A stretch of DNA of 62,792 bases, filler included. It is 4 parts of 4 records of this genome, joined end to end, with 100 filler letters (N's around TTAATTAATTAA, not from the genome) between each part and the next. Parts side by side here need not be neighbours in the genome. Positions count along the whole stretch, not along the records: positions 46,997 to 55,114 come from SRR20825019_1876; positions 55,215 to 62,792 come from SRR20825019_1877; 2 more parts are not named here. The stretch is one strand, 5' to 3'. The first letter of the stretch is position 1; the number at the start of each line of letters is the position of its first letter. The notes under the pieces are model-generated. The model was not told the origin of the DNA. It saw only the letters and a list, made by a program, of their open reading frames with translations, and ran no database searches. Shown piece after piece: positions 47,052 to 56,356 of this stretch. The position numbers were made by a program, and so were the translations under genes.

Positions 47052-48452
47052 TCATGCTGCTGCCCGCTTGTCGGCCGGATCCTGATTATCGTTTGCCATC
47101 CCCGGATACCATTTCTCGAATGTCGACCGCAGCGATCCGTCGAGGGTCTGGGTTCTGGTTTGCAAAAGGAGATGAGCGCCGGTTTTGCTCCATTGCATCT
47201 GCTGCTTTTTGGCGAAGCGCTTGCTGATGACGGCGTTGACGGTGGCCTCGACGAAGGCGGAGGATATCCGCTCTCCGGATCGATAGCGCTCGCCGTAATT
47301 GATCAGGCTGGCGTTGTTGGCAGCGATGTAGGACTGGAATTCGCCGATTGCCGTCAGGAATTTCCGCATGTTCGGATAATCGGTCTCCACGCATTCGGCG
47401 TCGCAATACAGGTCGCTGATCTCCTCCCGCGCCCGGTGCGTGTTGCCGTGCCAGAGATACCATTTTATGCGGGATAGACTATCCAGCATGCCATCGCCAG
47501 CTTCCTGGTCATGATTGCGAAGTCCCTGGGCAAACTGGCGAAGTACGGTGATCCGCATAGTGATGTGGAACCAGTCGAGCACATGCTCGCTGGCCGGAGC
47601 GATCAATTCGGCGAGCGATCGGACCTCTTCACCGCCATCGGTGATGAAGGTAATATCCTGATTGGCCTGCACATCCTGTTTTTTGAGATGGTCGAGAATT
47701 CGGCGTTGCGGCTTTCGATCATAGCCGTGGACAAAACCGATGTAACGCGGATCGCCGTCCTCGGGCAGGGAGCGGCCAACGATCAGTTCAAAGTTTTTCT
47801 TCCGGTCGTTACGATCCCGGACATATCCACCGTCCAGGCCAATGACGATGCGACCATCGGGAATGGGCAGGTCCATCCAGTCGCTCGGGCAGGAATCCTG
47901 CATGAAGGAAACCCGCTGTTCCGTCAGTTCCCGTTCGATGCGGTCAGCCGTCCGCAGCGCATGTTGCCGCACCGTCGTGGCATTGGTGCCGCAGGCGATC
48001 GGAAGCACATCGGCGAGCAGCTCGGCCGCGGCGGCATAGGGGACGAGCGAGGCCCAGCGCGTTTCTAGATACAGGCGCTCGGGTGCGATATGATCGGGAA
48101 TGAGTTGCCGCAGCGGCGAGATTGTCGCAGGACCGTTGTTCTCTTCTCTATCCTGCAGGCGATATCGTGGGCTTCGTAGCCGGACATCGCCGAAGAGGGT
48201 GTGGAAGGTGACGGGGTAGTATCCGTTGTGCCGCAGGAAACGGCCATCGCGCTCGTGGTGTTGCCGGAGCCAGGTGGATACCTGGGTCTCCACCATTTTC
48301 TGCTGGAGCTTCGTAAGCAGTGCTTTGCTCTCCGATAACGACAAGCCCAGATCCTCCGCCCCTTTCGTCACTTTTTCCAGGTCGGCGACTGTTTCGGTTG
48401 CGATCGTTTCGCCGTCCTCGCCAATCATCTCCAGTGTTATCCGCGCGCGCAT
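47052..48452 (-). CDS. ISKra4-family DDE transposase
   Basis: LGLSLSESKALL, IGLDGGYVR, FITDGG, HVLDWFHITMR and YGERYRSGERISSAFVEATVNAVISKRFAKKQQMQW. ATG 48452 is preceded by GAGGA. Confidence 0.92.
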   Translation of the reverse strand: MRARITLEMIGEDGETIATETVADLEKVTKGAEDLGLSLSESKALLTKLQQKMVETQVSTWLRQHHERDGRFLRHNGYYPVTFHTLFGDVRLRSPRYRLQDREENNGPATISPLRQLIPDHIAPERLYLETRWASLVPYAAAAELLADVLPIACGTNATTVRQHALRTADRIERELTEQRVSFMQDSCPSDWMDLPIPDGRIVIGLDGGYVRDRNDRKKNFELIVGRSLPEDGDPRYIGFVHGYDRKPQRRILDHLKKQDVQANQDITFITDGGEEVRSLAELIAPASEHVLDWFHITMRITVLRQFAQGLRNHDQEAGDGMLDSLSRIKWYLWHGNTHRAREEISDLYCDAECVETDYPNMRKFLTAIGEFQSYIAANNASLINYGERYRSGERISSAFVEATVNAVISKRFAKKQQMQWSKTGAHLLLQTRTQTLDGSLRSTFEKWYPGMANDNQDPADKRAAA

Positions 48453-48546
48453 AGCATATCCTCTCGATGAGTTTTCCAGAATAGCCGGAGTGGAAAACCG
48501 ATCACGTCTTATCCACGTGTTTCCGCCCTCCGCTTTTACCAAGAGC

Positions 48547-48752
48547 CATGCTACATCACGACGACACGGCACTATGCGGAAACGACCGCCGCGACCCTGC
48601 GCCGCAAATTCGATCAGGTCATGGCTCCGGCCGTACGGTCATTGTTGTCCGGCATCCAGCACAACCGTGGTGATGACGTGGCCCTGCTGGCCGCCGATCT
48701 CTTGTCGAACGGTCGGGGCGCTGAAAAGCAGGTCACATCTGCTGATACATGA
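48547..48752 (+). pseudogene. Remnant C-terminus of a tyrosine recombinase
   Basis: H-A-(frameshift)-ITTTRHYAETTAATLRRKFDQV... matches the integrase box II pattern H-x-x-I-x-T-T-x-x-Y. No upstream body of the gene remains. Confidence 0.55.
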
Positions 48753-49383
48753 GGACGCGGTGTTCGTCCTGTCGCAGTCGCTCGTTCACCTTCCGCCGCT
48801 CGAACGGCTTTCCCAAAAGCACTTTGCGGTCCTCGATCCGGAAAAGCGTCTCACGCAACTCCTCTGCGCGGTCCTGGTCTTTGAGAACCGCAAAAGACCG
48901 GGTGTCGCTGATTTCCTTGATGAACTCCATCAACGTGGCGAAGTCGTCATCCAGCTCATAGCCGAGCGCATCGTCCAACTGCCGAATCCAGGCTTCAGGT
49001 CCGCCGCAATCCTCAGGTGGACAAGTGCCGGCGCCACCGACGCAACAGGGATAGCGCGTCCGGGGTTTGGGCGCGAGGCGCTCTTCCAACCGAACTTCAT
49101 GCTCCCAGGGAATGTTGAGATCGTATTCGTACAAAAACCGGCTGCCCTTGCGCAGTTTCAAATCGTCGAGCACGATGTCGGCGGATTCGGCAGTCAACTC
49201 CCATGATCCGTAGCAGACGGTGTGAACGATAAACTGGTACAGATGGATGCTGTCCCAGCCCATCGCGACCTGGAGAACGCCATGGAACTCGCGCAAAGTC
49301 ATGGTCGACGCCACCTGAATACGACGCCACACCATCGGGCTCAGACCTTTCAGCCAGACCCGGAATTGCAGGATCTTGGACAT
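48733..49383 (-). CDS. Plasmid pRiA4b ORF-3 family protein (IS passenger)
   Basis: LKGLSPMVWRRIQV, LQVAMGWDSIHLYQF, FLYEYDLNIPWEHEV and CVGGAGTCPPEDCGG. The start could be 49395. Confidence 0.9.
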   Translation of the reverse strand: MSKILQFRVWLKGLSPMVWRRIQVASTMTLREFHGVLQVAMGWDSIHLYQFIVHTVCYGSWELTAESADIVLDDLKLRKGSRFLYEYDLNIPWEHEVRLEERLAPKPRTRYPCCVGGAGTCPPEDCGGPEAWIRQLDDALGYELDDDFATLMEFIKEISDTRSFAVLKDQDRAEELRETLFRIEDRKVLLGKPFERRKVNERLRQDEHRVLMYQQM

Positions 49384-49530
49384 CTCGTCTTGCATCGGGG
49401 CATTATTTGCGGCGGCGGCTGATCGGCGTCTCTTGCGGGTCGGATTCAAAACTGCGGGCCTCGGTGAAAATTATCGGCAGCCAGCCTATACCGCATTCAG
49501 CCACCTGCCACACAATTCCTCATGCTCTCC

Positions 49531-50024
49531 TAGATCACCTGGTTCTGCTCGCTGGCCGATTCATCGTCGGCAAGGTGCTCGATGCCGATATCGACTACCT
49601 GCACCGGGCCTTCGATGAACGGGTATGGTCCGCGATTCACACGCTGCGCACGCTTGAGGACCGGTTGGCAACCGACGCCTCGGTGACCTTCGTCTCAGGT
49701 GCCGCAACCGAACGACCGGACGGGAACGGCACAGCTGTCATAGCCGCCGCGGCCGCAGCGATGGAAGCCTTGGCGCGCGGCCTTGCCCTCGAACAGGCGC
49801 CGCGGCGGTTCAATACCCTCTCGCCCGGACCGATTGACAGCCCGCTGCTCGGCAAGACGCTGGGTGAGACGCGGGTTTCGGTGGTGGAGCAGATCGCCGC
49901 CAAGATGCCGCTTCGGCGGCTCGGCACGGTGCAGGAAGCCGGGGCTGCAGTGGTCTTCCTGATGACCAATGGCTGGATGAACGGGGCGACGCTCAACGTC
50001 GACGGTGGCATGCGCCTTGTCTGA
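49531..50024 (+). pseudogene. 5'-truncated short-chain dehydrogenase/reductase
   Basis: The SDR C-terminal half (LDHLVLLAG...RFNTLSPGPIDSP...LNVDGG) begins right at the IS end. The Gly-rich Rossmann N-terminus is missing. Confidence 0.85.
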
Positions 50025-50042
50025 AAAAGCGACGCCGCGGCG

Positions 50043-50618
50043 TCAGACCCGCCTTGCGGCGTCGTCCTTCGCCGGATCGCGGAGCAAGGCGCCGGCGATG
50101 AAGTCGGCCATCCGGTCCGCCCGCACGTCGAAAGACGGTTGATCGCCAATCCAGCCCGCCGCAGCGATAAGAACAAAGAGGTCCTCTCCGTCAACATCCC
50201 GGCGGGCGACGCCGGCCTGCTGCGCGTCATGAAGAAGCCGGGCACCGGCGGCACGCAGATCCTTGCAGGCCTCGTGCAGGGCTGACCCCGGATCCGCCAA
50301 GGCCTTTGCCATCAGGTCGACGATCCCGTTGAAGACCTGGACGAACTTCGTCGCCTCGAGGAACCAAGCAGTGAGCGCTGCGCCAGGTTCGTGCTCGCTC
50401 GAGATCGCCTCAGACCGGGCAATGAGAGTCCCGAGCGCCTGCTGCAAAAGGGTTTCCAGCAACGCGTCGCGCGTCGGGAAGTGGCGGAACAGCGTCGCCA
50501 GACCCACGTCCGCCCGGCGCGCAATATCCCTCAGTGACGCATCCACACCCTGCTCGGCAATGACCTCGCGCGCTACCGCGAGGAGGTGCGCGTGGTTCTT
50601 TTTCGCATCTGCCCGCAT
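50043..50618 (-). CDS. TetR/AcrR family transcriptional regulator
   Basis: MRADAKKN...ASLRDIARRADVGLATLFRHFPTRDALL helix-turn-helix, with GGGAG upstream of the ATG. Confidence 0.93.
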   Translation of the reverse strand: MRADAKKNHAHLLAVAREVIAEQGVDASLRDIARRADVGLATLFRHFPTRDALLETLLQQALGTLIARSEAISSEHEPGAALTAWFLEATKFVQVFNGIVDLMAKALADPGSALHEACKDLRAAGARLLHDAQQAGVARRDVDGEDLFVLIAAAGWIGDQPSFDVRADRMADFIAGALLRDPAKDDAARRV

Positions 50619-50639
50619 CCGGACTCCCAAGTTAAGTCA

Positions 50640-50686
50640 TTGACAAACGGATCAGTGATCCACATATATAAGCGGATCACTGATGC
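50640..50686. promoter_or_regulatory. Divergent promoter with two putative TetR operators
   Basis: TTGACA at 50640-50645; palindrome GGATCA-G-TGATCC at 50649-50661; near-copy GGATCA-C-TGATGC at 50674-50686; AT-rich -10 region between them. Confidence 0.7.
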
Positions 50687-50767
50687 GAATATAGCGAAGC
50701 GGCAGCAGATTGGAAAGGTCACGTGGCCATCGCGGCTCGGGGCCAACGCGCAAAACTGGAGACGACG

Positions 50768-51820
50768 ATGCGATATAAGATTTTCGGTGCACACACGGGC
50801 CTCAGGGTCTCGGAAATGGTGCTCGGCACCTCGAACTTCGGCACCCGCTGGGGGCACGGCACCGAATTACCCGAGGCCCGCCGCATGCTGGACGCCTATG
50901 CCGATGCCGGCGGCAACATTCTCGACAGTTCCAACGGCTACCAAAGCGGGGAGTCCGAAGAGTTCCTGGGCGAGATGCTAAAGGGGAAACGCGACAGTTT
51001 CGTCCTGGGAACGAAGTTCTCTGTCGCGACGAACGAAAGCGCGAACCTCCTGACCACGGGCAACAGCCGCCAGGCCATGGTCGCTTCGGTCGAGGCGAGC
51101 CTGAAACGTCTCGGAACCGACCGGATCGATCTCTACTGGGTTCATGTCGCCGATGGGGTGACCCCGGTAGACGAGATCATGCGCGGTTTCGACGACCTCG
51201 TGCGGCAGGGCAAGATCCTATATGCTGGCCTTTCCGACTTTCCGGCCTGGCGGGTGTCGCGCGCCGCAACGCTGGCAGAGCTGCGCGGCACCGTTCCGGT
51301 CGCCGGGCTGCAACTTGAACACAGCCTCGTGGCGCGTACCGCCGAGGCCGAACTGATCGCCGCTGGCCGCGGACTGGGCCTCGGGATCATGGCGTTCTCG
51401 CCTCTTGGTGGCGGCGTCCTGACCGGCAAGTATCGCCGCCCCCTGACGGAGACCGGCCGCGAGGAAGGCCTCGGAGGGGCGGCCTTCCATCCCGAAGACA
51501 GCGCGCAACGGACCGCGATCATCGATGCGCTGATCGAGGTGGCCGCGGAGCACGAGGTAACCCCGGGAGAGGTCGCCATCGCCTGGGTCGCCTCGAAAGG
51601 TATCTTCCCGATCATGGGCCCGCGCAGCATGGCTCAGCTTCGCGAGAACCTCGGAGCCGCCGATCTGCTCCTCTCTGCCGGGCAAATCCAGCGCCTCGAC
51701 GCGGTCAGCGCGATCCCGGACGTCTTTCCCTACACGGTGCTCAACGATCCCCGCATCCGGGGCATGCTCGACGCGGGCCAGGGCGAACGGATCGACGCCC
51801 TCGCGCTGCCGGTGGCATGA
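50768..51820 (+). CDS. Aldo/keto reductase
   Basis: TGLRVSEMVLGT, DSSNGY, SLKRLGTDRIDLYWVH and FSPLGGGVLTGKY, with a GGAG RBS. Confidence 0.95.
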   Translation: MRYKIFGAHTGLRVSEMVLGTSNFGTRWGHGTELPEARRMLDAYADAGGNILDSSNGYQSGESEEFLGEMLKGKRDSFVLGTKFSVATNESANLLTTGNSRQAMVASVEASLKRLGTDRIDLYWVHVADGVTPVDEIMRGFDDLVRQGKILYAGLSDFPAWRVSRAATLAELRGTVPVAGLQLEHSLVARTAEAELIAAGRGLGLGIMAFSPLGGGVLTGKYRRPLTETGREEGLGGAAFHPEDSAQRTAIIDALIEVAAEHEVTPGEVAIAWVASKGIFPIMGPRSMAQLRENLGAADLLLSAGQIQRLDAVSAIPDVFPYTVLNDPRIRGMLDAGQGERIDALALPVA

Positions 51821-51879
51821 CACCCCTCTCGCGGCCACCGGAAAGCCGCTTCCACGATCGTCAACACAAGGAAACCGAA

Positions 51880-52512
51880 ATGATCACTCTCTACTACCAC
51901 CGGGGGGCGTGCTCGACCTCGAACCACTTCGCCCTTGAGGACGCAGGCGTCGACTACGAAGCCATCGAGGTCCACTTGGACCGCGAGGACGATCCGATCG
52001 CACAGAAGGTGCGCAAGCTGAACCCGATGGCGATGACCCCGGTTCTGGTGCTCGAGGATGGCGAGGTTCTGACGCAGAATGCCGCGACCCTTGCCTATAT
52101 CGCCGATCTCGTTCCCGAGAAGGGTCTCATGCCGCGGCCTGGCACCCGCGAACGGGCACAGGCGGAAATCTGGATGTCCTTCGTGGCCTCCGACCTTCAT
52201 CCCGTCATCATCGAATACATCTACAAGGGGTTCGGGGGAACCGATGCCGAACGGGCGCGCCTGCTCGGGTTCTACGAGGGCCGGGTCGCGCGGCGCCTGA
52301 AGGTGCTCGAAGAGCGGCTGGCTGGTCGACCCTATATCCTCGGCAGTGATTACTCGGTCATCGATGGCTATGCCTTGATCGTCCTGAATTGGTCGGTCCC
52401 GGCCGGGCTGTCACTGGAGACATACCCTAATATCCGACGGTATATGGAAAAGCTGGAAGCGCGCCCGTCGATCCACAAGGTCCGCGAGGCAGAGGGGACG
52501 ATCCGCTGGTAA
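51880..52512 (+). CDS. Glutathione S-transferase (beta-class-like)
   Basis: LYYHRGACS, LNPMAMTPVL, LTQNAATLAYIAD, FVASDLH and YSVIDGY, with AAGGA upstream. Confidence 0.92.
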   Translation: MITLYYHRGACSTSNHFALEDAGVDYEAIEVHLDREDDPIAQKVRKLNPMAMTPVLVLEDGEVLTQNAATLAYIADLVPEKGLMPRPGTRERAQAEIWMSFVASDLHPVIIEYIYKGFGGTDAERARLLGFYEGRVARRLKVLEERLAGRPYILGSDYSVIDGYALIVLNWSVPAGLSLETYPNIRRYMEKLEARPSIHKVREAEGTIRW

Positions 52513-53182
52513 GGGCCGTCCCGACCGCCTCAAATCCTGACCTTGAAACGCAAGAGCGATGGCGATGTCAAAACTGCTACTGACACTTGCATGCGCGTTC
52601 CTTCGCGCGATTCATCTATCTTTCGAATGCGATTTTCCAGTAAAGATGGGCTTTCATTTCCGGATGTAGGGCACCGGGGACCGCGACACAAATCTCGGGA
52701 AGGTCCGCAGATTAGACGGTTACCCGAAAAAAAGCTGCCGCCGCATCTGCTTCTGTTCGCGGCGGCACAGCGCGAAATATAGCACCGTCGGTTGAAACAC
52801 TGCGTTTGCGACCTCCACTCGCCACGCTGAACAGCCCTTGGCGGATACCGCAGCGAAGTTCCACTATCCACCCTCAATAGAGCTTCGAGCATGGCGCGAC
52901 CAATGGCAGCTTTAGAGATCGCGCGGAGTTCCTTCGAATGACCGAAATGGGGGCGCTTTCCGGACCGGCAACGAAGGGGTCGACTGCTGACTGGCGGGTT
53001 ACAGACGCCCCTACGACCTAAGCCGACCTAGCTGTTATTTGCAGCGAAGGTCAGCAACGAACCCATAGTGAATATTTCTGGAACCAGCTTGAATGTCGGC
53101 GATGGCGCGATGAGCAGAGCACTGGCAGGTATTCCAACATCGCAATGGCGCCGTAGGTGCAGGAGCAAGCCTACATAGGGCG

Positions 53183-54085
53183 CTATCCCGCGACCAATGT
53201 CTTACGTAGGCAGCCAATGTCGCTTGCGGGCGGACCTCCGAATTCCCGAGAATATTCCCGCGAGAACTGCGAGGCGCTTTCGTAGCCGAGATTGAATGCC
53301 ATATTGGCGATATTGCCTGGTGAAGTGAGCAATCTGCTTCGCGCCTCGTAGAGGCGCAGACGGGTCCTGTATTGAAGAGGCGACATACCCGTCTCCGCCT
53401 TGAAGTGGCGGTAAAGTGTTGGAAGGCTCATCCCCGCAGCTTCAGCCAAGTCCGCGGCTCTGATCGGCTCTGCGTATTTTGTCCGGATTAAAGAGATTGC
53501 ACGGCCGACGCCATGGTCCGGCCCGCCGCCTCCAGCGATCTTGCGCAGAACCTGGCCCTGTGGGCCCTTCAACAGGCGAAACAAGATTTCGCGTTCGATC
53601 AACGGACCCAGCACATCTAGGTCGTCCGGCTGGTCGATGATTTGCAAGAGCCTTCGATACGCGTCCAGCAAGTCCTCGTTTGCCGAATGGACCGCGAAGG
53701 CGCGGGTCCCGGATGCGGTCGGCCCAGCCTCTGACCGCCTGGCCAGATCTGCGACCAGTGCCGGCTCAGGCCTGAGCGTCACAGCCAGATAGGGCGACTT
53801 CTGAGAACAGCCCAGTATATCGATCCGTGTAGGCAAATCGACTGCAGCCACATAGGTGTCTCCGGTCCGATAGTGCAAGACTTCGTGTCCGATCAAGAGG
53901 CGCTTCTCGCCCTGGAGGATCAGGCTGACGATCGGTTTCTGGATTTCGGGAGCGAGTTCACCGGGGGTCACAACCTTGAGAATACGGACTGAGCGTAGAC
54001 CTGTCTGCGTCTCGCCCTCGCGCAGCCTGCTGGCAAGGCGGGTCACTATTTTGGAAAGAACAGAGGTTATGTCAGTCATCGTCAT
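53183..54085 (-). CDS. AraC family transcriptional regulator
   Basis: N-terminal LILQGEK motif and C-terminal AGMSLPTLYRHFKAETGMSPLQY...LGYESASQFSREYSREFG. Confidence 0.94.
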   Translation of the reverse strand: MTMTDITSVLSKIVTRLASRLREGETQTGLRSVRILKVVTPGELAPEIQKPIVSLILQGEKRLLIGHEVLHYRTGDTYVAAVDLPTRIDILGCSQKSPYLAVTLRPEPALVADLARRSEAGPTASGTRAFAVHSANEDLLDAYRRLLQIIDQPDDLDVLGPLIEREILFRLLKGPQGQVLRKIAGGGGPDHGVGRAISLIRTKYAEPIRAADLAEAAGMSLPTLYRHFKAETGMSPLQYRTRLRLYEARSRLLTSPGNIANMAFNLGYESASQFSREYSREFGGPPASDIGCLRKTLVAG

Positions 54086-54238
54086 CAGGACATATACATT
54101 TGAAAGAATTGTGCAAGATTTCGATCATATCGGGCAGGCCGCGCCGCCCGTGGCGATATATGTCTCGTCAGGCAGGAAGCGACCCTCACCTGACAGCAGT
54201 ACCAATAGGAAAATAAACAACAATAGGGAGATCGCCCC

Positions 54239-54973
54239 ATGGAGATCGAGCATTCCACCATCATCATTACCGGCGCTTCGTCCGGCATTGGCATGGCAAC
54301 GGCAGCGGTCGCCATCGAGAAGGGCGCGCGCGTTGCTCTCGTCGCGCGGCGAGAGAATCGTTTGCGCGAAATCGCGACCGAACTCGGCCCCAACGCCTTG
54401 GCTGTCGTCTGCGACGTGACGAATGCCGCCCAGATCCAGAACTGCATGAACACGATCATCGATGCCTTCGGGCGGATCGACGCGCTCGTAAACAACGCCG
54501 GTCGTGGCTTCTACGCGCCTATTGCCGAGATCGACATTGCCGCCTATCGCAGATTGCTCGATCTCAATACAATCGCGCCACTGGCGATGATGCAAGCGGT
54601 CTTGCCCCAGATGCGGCGTCAAGGCAGCGGGGCCATCGTCAATGTCAGCTCTGGCGCGACATTTGGAATTCTTCCGGGTGCCGCGGCCTATACAAGCTCC
54701 AAGACGGCGCTGAACATGCTCTCCGACGTCGCGCGGACAGAACTGGCCGACATCGGGGTTGCCGTCTCAACAATCTACCCTTTCGTCACCGACACTGAGT
54801 TCTACGGAGCTGTTCAAGAGGGCGAGGCGGCAGCTGAAACGGAATTGAGCAACGTCGGTTCAGCCATTCATTCCCCGCACCGTGTTGCAGACAAGATCCT
54901 GGGTTTGATCAAAAGTGGTGCACGTCAGGACGACCTGGTGCCAAAGGCTTTTGGCGGAAGTCTAGAGGCATAG
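54239..54973 (+). CDS. Short-chain dehydrogenase/reductase
   Basis: ITGASSGIG, LVNNAG, NVSS and YTSSK. Confidence 0.95.
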   Translation: MEIEHSTIIITGASSGIGMATAAVAIEKGARVALVARRENRLREIATELGPNALAVVCDVTNAAQIQNCMNTIIDAFGRIDALVNNAGRGFYAPIAEIDIAAYRRLLDLNTIAPLAMMQAVLPQMRRQGSGAIVNVSSGATFGILPGAAAYTSSKTALNMLSDVARTELADIGVAVSTIYPFVTDTEFYGAVQEGEAAAETELSNVGSAIHSPHRVADKILGLIKSGARQDDLVPKAFGGSLEA

Positions 54974-55114
54974 CGTCGCATGCCAGGCAGGTACTTTGAC
55001 ATAACGACGTTGATCGTAGTGCATTCTTAGCATCATGATTATAGTGCCTTCCCGGAAGACAGGGTCAGCTTTGTCCGCAAAGCGGTGCGTCAGCAATCTG
55101 AACACAGCAGAAGC

Positions 55115-55214
55115 NNNNNNNNNNNNNNNNNNNNNNNNNNNNNNNNNNNNNNNNNNNNTTAATTAATTAANNNNNNNNNNNNNNNNNNNNNNNNNNNNNN
55201 NNNNNNNNNNNNNN
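55115..55214. other. Artificial contig spacer
   Basis: N-run / TTAATTAATTAA / N-run. Confidence 0.98.
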
Positions 55215-55444
55215 TTTTATTCCTACTTATTTTTATGTGAAAGCAATTTTTAAGTTCATTGAAAATAAAAAAAAAGTGTCAAAATTTGAAATTTAAGATT
55301 GATTCAAATGGATATTTACTGAATTTCACTTTGTTTTGCAAAGTGTGAGTTTGCCCTGTTTAACTTTTTACTATGTAAACTTTTATCTTTGTACTGTTTT
55401 ATTACAGCGAAGCGGTCTTGTATTTTAACTCAGACATTAATGTT

Positions 55445-55705
55445 TCAATACTTAAAATATTCTTTTACTAAAGCAACATAATGTTCTTTGGCTTGGTCTT
55501 CGGTGAGTCCTCGGGCTTGAAAAAGTGCGTTTGCTTTGAAAGCATTTATTATAGATCTCCTACTACTTGGGGGTTCGCTATTTTGAGTAGCTTTTTTGTA
55601 ATAGGCATATAGGCGCAACAAAAAATCGGCTGGAAATAAATTTTCATAGCTGTTTACTCGCTCTACAGCCTCTTCAAATTCTTTATGTAGTTCTTCAGAA
55701 GTCAT
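55445..55705 (-). CDS. Acyl-CoA-binding protein
   Basis: FEEAVERV, LLRLYAYYKKAT and AKEHYVALV fit the ACBP pattern. Confidence 0.88.
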   Translation of the reverse strand: MTSEELHKEFEEAVERVNSYENLFPADFLLRLYAYYKKATQNSEPPSSRRSIINAFKANALFQARGLTEDQAKEHYVALVKEYFKY

Positions 55706-55708
55706 TTG

Positions 55709-56356
55709 TTAATTTGCAATTATATCAACACCACCTTTAACTTTTTGGTTTAAAGCTACTTTAATGTCAGTGCCCAAGGGTAAAAATAAATCTACTCTAG
55801 AACCAAATTTTATAAATCCTGCATCGGTTCCTTGAACCACTTCGTCTCCTTCTTTTGCATAATTTACAATACGTTTAGCAAGCGCTCCAGCAATTTGTCT
55901 GTAAAGAACCTCCCCATAAAAAGCATTCTTAACAACTACAGTAGTTCTTTCATTTTCTTCGGATGCTTTGGGGTGCCATGCAACCAAAAACTTTCCAGGA
56001 TGGTATTTGCTATATTTTACAATTCCACTTAATGCGTAGCGAGTTACATGAACATTAATAGGGGACATAAATATGGAAACTTGAATTCGTTTGTCCTTAA
56101 AATATTCTTTTTCAAATACCTCTTCAATCACCACCACTTTTCCATCTACAGGTGCGATGATATTTTCATCTGTAATTTGTGTTGTGCGTTTAGGATTCCT
56201 AAAAAATTGAAGGATCAAAACTAAAATGAAAAGAAAAACAACTTGAATAAGAGTTTTTAGCCAATAAATGTCAATATAAAATTGAGCTATAATAATGGCT
56301 GCTGCAACAAGAATAAAGGTAATCGCAATGATTTTATGACCCTCTTTATGAAACAT
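55709..56356 (-). CDS. psd: Phosphatidylserine decarboxylase proenzyme
   Basis: APVDGKVV, IFMSPINVH, and the GFIKFGSRVD self-cleavage motif. Confidence 0.95.
   Translation of the reverse strand: MFHKEGHKIIAITFILVAAAIIIAQFYIDIYWLKTLIQVVFLFILVLILQFFRNPKRTTQITDENIIAPVDGKVVVIEEVFEKEYFKDKRIQVSIFMSPINVHVTRYALSGIVKYSKYHPGKFLVAWHPKASEENERTTVVVKNAFYGEVLYRQIAGALAKRIVNYAKEGDEVVQGTDAGFIKFGSRVDLFLPLGTDIKVALNQKVKGGVDIIAN

Larger units (their letters stand above)
47026..49530 (-). mobile_element. ISKra4-family insertion sequence (ISAzba1-like group), ~2.5 kb, with passenger gene
   Basis: Perfect 25-bp terminal inverted repeats GGAGAGCATGAGGAATTGTGTGGCA (47026-47050 and reverse complement 49506-49530) enclose a transposase and a pRiA4b ORF-3-like gene. 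No target-site duplication is visible. Confidence 0.9.

Noticed and set aside
48226-49206. 326-aa plus-strand ORF inside the IS
   Set aside because: It is mostly antisense to the transposase and ORF-3; only a short recombinase remnant, largely in another frame, looks meaningful.
52530-52892. 120-aa minus-strand ORF downstream of GST
   Set aside because: Atypical composition and no motif; at most a decayed small gene.
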